From Candidatus Pacearchaeota archaeon (GTDB lineage: Archaea > Nanobdellota > Nanobdellia > UBA10117 > JAFCGI01), in NCBI GenBank assembly GCA_017608235.1, contig JAFCGI010000002.1:44425-108424 (forward strand): 64,000 nt of DNA, read 5' to 3'. Shown here one piece after another: positions 59,230 through 64,000 of this stretch. Made by a program: the position numbers and the translations under genes. Every line of letters starts with the position of its first letter. Position 1 is the stretch's first letter. Below the pieces are notes generated by a model. The model made no database searches. It was not told the origin of the DNA and saw only the letters and a list, made by a program, of their open reading frames with translations.

Positions 59230-59805
59230 ATGAGAAAACTAGACAAACAAGAAGAAAAGATTATACGGGAACTCATTCGTAATCCCAGAATAACAGATAA
59301 TCAAGTATCAAAAAGAACTGAAATTCCAGTTATGACAATAAATAGAAAGCGAAAAAAGCTAGAATCTGAAGGTTTAATTCATTATTTAACACATTTAAAG
59401 AGAAGTGATAATGGAATTAGTGTTTTTAATGCAAGACAGCTTTATATTATTAAACTAAGATCTGGTCTAACAGAAGAAAACTTTATGAAACTTTTTGAAG
59501 AAGAAAAAAGAATCAAATCAGAATATGCTAAACATATCAGAGAATCTTATTTAGGTGAAAAAGATGGTCATCTTGCTTTAGTTATGATTGTTGATGGAAA
59601 AAATCCATCTGATATAATTAAGTTTTTTAATGGAAAAATAGTACCAACTCTAAAGAATAGCTTTGGTGAAGATATCATTGTACATATTTTCACTACAAGA
59701 CTTACATTCCAAATAAGAAGACTTTATAATTATATTCCATTCCTAAACTTAGAAAATGGAAAAATCAAAGATAACTGGCTAGATGAATATATTTTTGTTA
59801 ACTAA
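59230..59805 (+). CDS. Lrp/AsnC-like winged-helix transcriptional regulator
   Basis: LDKQEEKIIRELIRNPRITDNQVSKRTEIPVMTINRKRKKLESEGLI HTH; the ATG lies 8 nt after GAGGT (the track ORF begins at an upstream TTG). Confidence 0.6.
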   Translation: MRKLDKQEEKIIRELIRNPRITDNQVSKRTEIPVMTINRKRKKLESEGLIHYLTHLKRSDNGISVFNARQLYIIKLRSGLTEENFMKLFEEEKRIKSEYAKHIRESYLGEKDGHLALVMIVDGKNPSDIIKFFNGKIVPTLKNSFGEDIIVHIFTTRLTFQIRRLYNYIPFLNLENGKIKDNWLDEYIFVN

Positions 59806-59807
59806 AA

Positions 59808-60284
59808 TCAGATTCCCAGCCTCTCTAATGCTTTAGACGCCTTAACATAGAGATCCCATTCTTTATTTTTTATATCTATAGATTCTTGATACTTTTCTAT
59901 AGTAGACCTAACAACATTTCTTGAAATAGATCTTGATTTTTTAGGATTATATTTAGAATCATAATTAAAAATACTATTTATATCTCTGCAAGCTAGATCT
60001 CTAAAATTCTTTCTTCTTTCAACTAATACTTCATGTATTTTCTTTCTTAAGTCATCTTCAGATGCTACATTTAGATATTTAGGTTTGTAATTACAACCTT
60101 TATGATACAATTCATCTTTTTCAAATCTATAATAAAAGCAATATCTACAAGGCCCTGCTCCTTCTTCAGAATATATTCTAAGCCTCATAGGTTTTCTATG
60201 TCCCCAATAATCATATATACTTTCTACATCTTTTTCTAAGTCCATTAAACAAAACTTACTCTCTCTTATTTCTGTATCTTCCAT
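59808..60284 (-). CDS. Hypothetical protein
   Basis: 158-aa ORF with scattered Cys residues (CRYC...HKGC) and no family I recognise. Confidence 0.35.
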   Translation of the reverse strand: MEDTEIRESKFCLMDLEKDVESIYDYWGHRKPMRLRIYSEEGAGPCRYCFYYRFEKDELYHKGCNYKPKYLNVASEDDLRKKIHEVLVERRKNFRDLACRDINSIFNYDSKYNPKKSRSISRNVVRSTIEKYQESIDIKNKEWDLYVKASKALERLGI

Positions 60285-60381
60285 AAAATCTCAATAAGAA
60301 TTAAATTTATAAAATTTCGCTCTCAACATAATATCACTTATAATACAAAAAATTCTTAAATCATAATCTTAAAGATATATC

Positions 60382-61068
60382 ATGGCGCATATAGAAAAAC
60401 TAAACATAAATGGAGATCCTAATATTGGGTTATATGGATTAGCAACAGATAAATTCTGCCTACTTGGAAAATCTGCTCCTAAAAAAATAGTTGACAAAAT
60501 CAGAGAAGCACTAGCTGTTCCAATAATACAAGGCACAATTTATGGTACAGACTTTTTTGGAATATTTGCAGTAGCTAATTCCTCTGTAGTGCTTGTGCCA
60601 GACATAATATTCAACTCTGAAAAAACTTTCCTAAAAAAAGAATTAGCCAAACTTGGAGTAAAATTAGAAACAATAAGTACAGATCATACTGCTCTAAACA
60701 ATAACATAACAACTAATGATAAAAACACAATAATATCTACAATATACAATAAATCTGAAGTTTCAAAAATAAAAAAAATTCTAAAAACCAAAATAAAACA
60801 AACAGACATTGCTAAAACAACAATTCCAGGATCTCTAGCAGTAATAACAAATAAAGGTGCGATCTTAACAACTTATATAGAAGACAGAGAAATCAGATTA
60901 TTAGAAAAATTTCTAGGATTTGAAATAGGCATAGGTACAGTAAACATGGGAAATCCTTTTGTAAAATCTGGAATCATAGCAAATTCTCATGGATTCATAA
61001 TAGGCATACAAACATCAGGATACGAAATAGCAAGAATTGATGAATCTCTAGGATTTATTAAAACTTAG
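60382..61068 (+). CDS. eif6: Translation initiation factor 6 (aIF6)
   Basis: NINGDPNIGLYGLATDKFCLLG and repeated pentein-fold segments; 228 aa. Confidence 0.9.
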   Translation: MAHIEKLNINGDPNIGLYGLATDKFCLLGKSAPKKIVDKIREALAVPIIQGTIYGTDFFGIFAVANSSVVLVPDIIFNSEKTFLKKELAKLGVKLETISTDHTALNNNITTNDKNTIISTIYNKSEVSKIKKILKTKIKQTDIAKTTIPGSLAVITNKGAILTTYIEDREIRLLEKFLGFEIGIGTVNMGNPFVKSGIIANSHGFIIGIQTSGYEIARIDESLGFIKT

Positions 61069-61109
61069 AAACCACAACAAATATATATTTGTTAGTTCTA
61101 AACTATTTT

Positions 61110-61298
61110 ATGGCCAACAAACTAAAACTCTTTATGATTAAGGGATTATTCAGAAAAAAAAGAGTTATGCAGAACTTCCAAATAGAAATTTCAGCTGAAA
61201 ATCAAGAACAAGCACAAGAAAAAACATATTGCTTAATAGGAAGTCGCTACAAGTGTCCAAGACGCTTCATAAAATTAGAAACTAAGGGATTAAAATGA
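61110..61298 (+). CDS. rplX: Ribosomal protein LX (eL20 family)
   Basis: FMIKGLFRKK..QNFQIEISAENQEQAQEKTYCLIGSRYKCPRRFIKLE fits the LX pattern; the conserved order aIF6-LX-prefoldin alpha-FtsY supports it. Confidence 0.65.
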   Translation: MANKLKLFMIKGLFRKKRVMQNFQIEISAENQEQAQEKTYCLIGSRYKCPRRFIKLETKGLK

Positions 61299-61714
61299 AT
61301 CAAGACATTGAAAAACACTATGCAGAATTACAAATGGCTGCAACTCAAATTCAAGAAATAGAAAAAGAACTCATAACTATAGAAACAAAAAAATTAGAAC
61401 TTCTAAAAATAAATGAAAGTTTAGAAAATCTAGATTATATTAGAACAGGAACTAATACTTTCGCTAACATAGGTTCTGGAATCTATGCTCCAGCAAAAAT
61501 AGATAAAATAAAATCACTTCTTGTTAATGTTGGTGCTGGTATCCTAGTAAATAAATCCATTCCTAAATCAAAAGAGATGATTCAAAAGCAAATAAATCAA
61601 GCAGATCTTATAACTCTAAATCTAACAAAAAACATCGAGTTATTAACACGACATGCAGAAGAGCTTCAACAACAAATAGAAAAATTAATGCAAAAAAATC
61701 ATAACCCTAAATAG
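61295..61714 (+). CDS. pfdA: Prefoldin subunit alpha
   Basis: 139 aa built as coiled coil, two beta hairpins (..TFANIGSGIYAPAKI..LLVNVGAGILVNKSI..), then coiled coil; its position in the conserved cluster supports the call. Confidence 0.7.
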   Translation: MNQDIEKHYAELQMAATQIQEIEKELITIETKKLELLKINESLENLDYIRTGTNTFANIGSGIYAPAKIDKIKSLLVNVGAGILVNKSIPKSKEMIQKQINQADLITLNLTKNIELLTRHAEELQQQIEKLMQKNHNPK

Positions 61715-61822
61715 TTAATCACAAATAGTAATTTAAAATAATAATTTATCTTAACTTATTATTTTATCTCTCTAAAACTTCAATTAGCAAAAGTTAAAAA
61801 CCCATTCTACCACTATTATTTT

Positions 61823-63241
61823 ATGTTTGGTAAGCTAAAAAAAGCATTCTCAAATTTTGCAAAAAAACTTGGTGAATCAGACAAAAAAGAAATTGAGAAA
61901 GCTAAAAAAGAAGATAAAATTGATGACATAGCAAAAGAAGTAGAAGCAGAGGTAGCTCAAGAGCTTAAACAAGAACAACCAGCTCAAGCTGAGCCAGAAA
62001 AAGAAGAAATAATAACAAAATCTGTTGATGAACTAATTCCTGAAGAAAAACCCGCAAAAGAACTAGAAAAAACTGAAGAATCAAAAGAAGAAATCAAAGA
62101 ACTAGAAAAGACTAAAGAACTAGAAGAAGAACCTTCTGCTGAGGAAAAAACCTTAATTAAAAAAGCTAAAGCAGAAAAGCCAAACAAAGATAAGAAACCT
62201 GAAGAGAAAAAATTTCTTGGAATATTCAAAAAGAAAGAAAAACCCACAAAAGAACTAGAAAAAACTGAAGAATCAAAAGAAGAAATCAAAGAACTAGAAA
62301 AGACTAAAGAACTAGAAGAAGAAATCAAAGAACCAAAAAAAACTGAAGAATCAAAAGAAGAACCAGAAAAGAAAGAAAGGTTTGGATTCCTTAAAAAACT
62401 TATAGAAACAAAAATCTCAGAAGAACAATTTGAAAAGCTCTTCAAAGACTTGGAACTAGAATTATTACAATATAATATCGCATATGAAATAGTAGAAGGC
62501 ATAAAACAAGAACTAAAAGAAGCTCTTGTTGAAAAATCCTTAAAGAGATCTCAAATAGAAAAAACAATTAGCCAAGAACTTAAACATTATTTACTAAAAA
62601 TTTTAAAAGAATCTAAACAACTAAACTTAAATGAGCTCACAGAAGAACACAAACCTCTAATCATATTATTCCTTGGAGTCAATGGTGTAGGAAAAACAAC
62701 AACGCTAGCAAAATTAGCAAAATGGTTCCAAGAGCATAATAAAAAATGTGTATTCGCAGCATCTGATACTTTTAGAGCTGCAGCAATAGAACAACTCGAA
62801 AATCACGCTAACAACCTTAAAATCAAAATAATTAAACACAAATATGGTGCAGATGCTGCAGCAGTTGCATTTGACGCAATAAAACATGCAGAAGCTCAAA
62901 ATATAGATGTTGTTTTAATAGACACTGCAGGCAGATCTCATGCAAATACAGATTTAATGGATGAGCTAGCAAAAGTAGAAAGAGTTGCCAAACCAGATCT
63001 CAAAATCTTAGTTGTTGACTCATTAACTGGAAATGATGCAGTAGAACAAGCTACATTATTCAATGAAAAGATTGGCATAGATGCTTCAATATTAACAAAA
63101 ACTGATGCAGATGAAAAAGGCGGAGCAATGATTTCTATAGCATATACCACAAAGAAACCAATATTATTCATAGGCACTGGACAAGAATACCAAAACCTAG
63201 AGAAATTTGATCCTGAAAAAATCATAGAAAAGATATTCTAA
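61823..63241 (+). CDS. ftsY: Signal recognition particle receptor FtsY with a ~190-residue K/E-rich repetitive N-terminus
   Basis: NG domain with GVNGVGKTTTLAKLA, DTAGR, TKTDAD and GTGQ motifs. Confidence 0.9.
   Translation: MFGKLKKAFSNFAKKLGESDKKEIEKAKKEDKIDDIAKEVEAEVAQELKQEQPAQAEPEKEEIITKSVDELIPEEKPAKELEKTEESKEEIKELEKTKELEEEPSAEEKTLIKKAKAEKPNKDKKPEEKKFLGIFKKKEKPTKELEKTEESKEEIKELEKTKELEEEIKEPKKTEESKEEPEKKERFGFLKKLIETKISEEQFEKLFKDLELELLQYNIAYEIVEGIKQELKEALVEKSLKRSQIEKTISQELKHYLLKILKESKQLNLNELTEEHKPLIILFLGVNGVGKTTTLAKLAKWFQEHNKKCVFAASDTFRAAAIEQLENHANNLKIKIIKHKYGADAAAVAFDAIKHAEAQNIDVVLIDTAGRSHANTDLMDELAKVERVAKPDLKILVVDSLTGNDAVEQATLFNEKIGIDASILTKTDADEKGGAMISIAYTTKKPILFIGTGQEYQNLEKFDPEKIIEKIF
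62043..62131 (+). repeat. 89-nt direct repeat, copy 1, in the ftsY N-terminal region
   Basis: It matches 62235-62323 with a single mismatch (62054 G versus 62246 A) at an offset of 192 nt, and encodes KP(A/T)KELEKTEESKEEIKELEKTKELEEE. Confidence 0.9.
62235..62323 (+). repeat. 89-nt direct repeat, copy 2
   Basis: See copy 1. Confidence 0.9.
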
Positions 63242-63404
63242 ACCATATATTCTAAATAATAGGAAAAATAAGTCTCTATAAATCAATTATATTCTTCAAA
63301 CACAACCCATATTTTTAAAAATTTCTAATAGTTTTCATTATTTAAATTAATATATATTATATAAGTTCCAATCAAAAAATTCTAAATTATAGAAAAAACA
63401 ATGC

Positions 63405-63998
63405 TTATTGACTTACGCTACCAAAAATATATGATAATACTCTTTCTAGACTTCTTTGATCTTCCCATGATGCTTCATCAATAATCATTTGAGTTTCCTC
63501 AGCAAATTGTCTCTGTAATTTAACTTTTTCAGCATCACTTAAATCCCAATATTGTTTTAATCCTTCTTGTCCACCAAATATATCTATTCCTCGATTTTCA
63601 AAATATATTAACATAACATCCCTTGCCTCCTTATCTTCACAAAAAGTATTCGTGTCTGGATCAAATGCTGGCCTCTTATAAGCTATAATTCCATTTTCAT
63701 GAGCTAGTCCAAGAATAGTTTTATCACTAACAAACTCACTTACATAAACATCAGAAAAAGAAGGAGCTATTACTGGGACTTCTCTTCCTTTTACAGGATG
63801 AGTATGAAAAGATACTCTTGAATTATCTCTTCTATATTTATAATCTCTCTCTAAACCTGTTGCGCTTGTAATGCCTGTTGATAAAACAATTTTCATGTTC
63901 GCTTCTGTCATTGCAATTTCATATGGTAAAGAAAGAAGTAACTTAATCCCCTCTGATGTAATCTTACCCTTAAGCAAAAACTCAAAATATTCTCTTTC
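63405..63998 (-). CDS. Hypothetical protein with a JAB/MPN-like HxH...SxxD motif; 5' end probably outside the window
   Basis: SFHTHPVKGREVPVIAPSFSDVYV resembles the JAMM zinc site with a longer spacer. The reading frame stays open from the track's TTG start to the window edge. Confidence 0.35.
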   Translation of the reverse strand, partial: EREYFEFLLKGKITSEGIKLLLSLPYEIAMTEANMKIVLSTGITSATGLERDYKYRRDNSRVSFHTHPVKGREVPVIAPSFSDVYVSEFVSDKTILGLAHENGIIAYKRPAFDPDTNTFCEDKEARDVMLIYFENRGIDIFGGQEGLKQYWDLSDAEKVKLQRQFAEETQMIIDEASWEDQRSLERVLSYIFGSVSQ

Positions 63999-64000
63999 TG

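Overview
The window is a visibly AT-rich (about 30% G+C by eye, not computed), gene-dense segment of an archaeal chromosome. About two thirds is conserved information-processing backbone:
- aminoacyl-tRNA ligases: pheS/pheT, TyrRS, GluRS
- translation factors: aRF1, aIF5A, aIF6
- transcription: TFB and RpoK
- RNA modification and processing: Trm1, an Sm protein, RNase J, and the RNase P proteins Pop5 and Rpp30
- the proteasome/SBDS/exosome (Rrp4/41/42) superoperon
- enolase
- ribosomal proteins L7Ae, S28e, L24e, L37e, L40e, L15e, LX, S8e and S2
- prefoldin alpha and FtsY
- three tRNAs, two of them with introns.

Starts are usually preceded by GGTGA/GAGGTGA Shine-Dalgarno sequences. Small genes, lysine/glutamate-rich extensions on housekeeping proteins and almost no metabolism suggest a DPANN-type small-genome archaeon (inference only).

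Five things stand out.
1. A ~10-kb minus-strand cell-surface locus (43.1-53.2 kb) encodes four proteins: a 1339-aa anchored subtilase-adhesin, a 12-Cys mini-protein, a 443-aa anchored protein that shares a C-terminal module with the protease, and a 1408-aa acidic giant built from EF-hand/dockerin-like DxDxD...E loops. This is my best candidate for an undescribed system.
2. aRF1 is split by a 423-codon LAGLIDADG intein inserted exactly after the catalytic GGQ motif. The Mtq2-type GGQ methyltransferase gene lies immediately upstream.
3. A CBS-domain protein carries a C-terminal HPF/RaiA-like module.
4. An accessory cluster (38.5-42.8 kb) holds DUF5320, DUF134, a ferredoxin-like ORF, thioredoxin, NifX-like and split-permease genes. 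It ends at an IS transposase gene interrupted by one in-frame TAA.
5. Several short tandem DNA arrays and lysine-rich N-terminal leaders recur across the window.

I saw no rRNA, CRISPR array, or recognisable restriction-modification or toxin-antitoxin genes. All calls come from reading the sequence and ORF translations; no searches were run.
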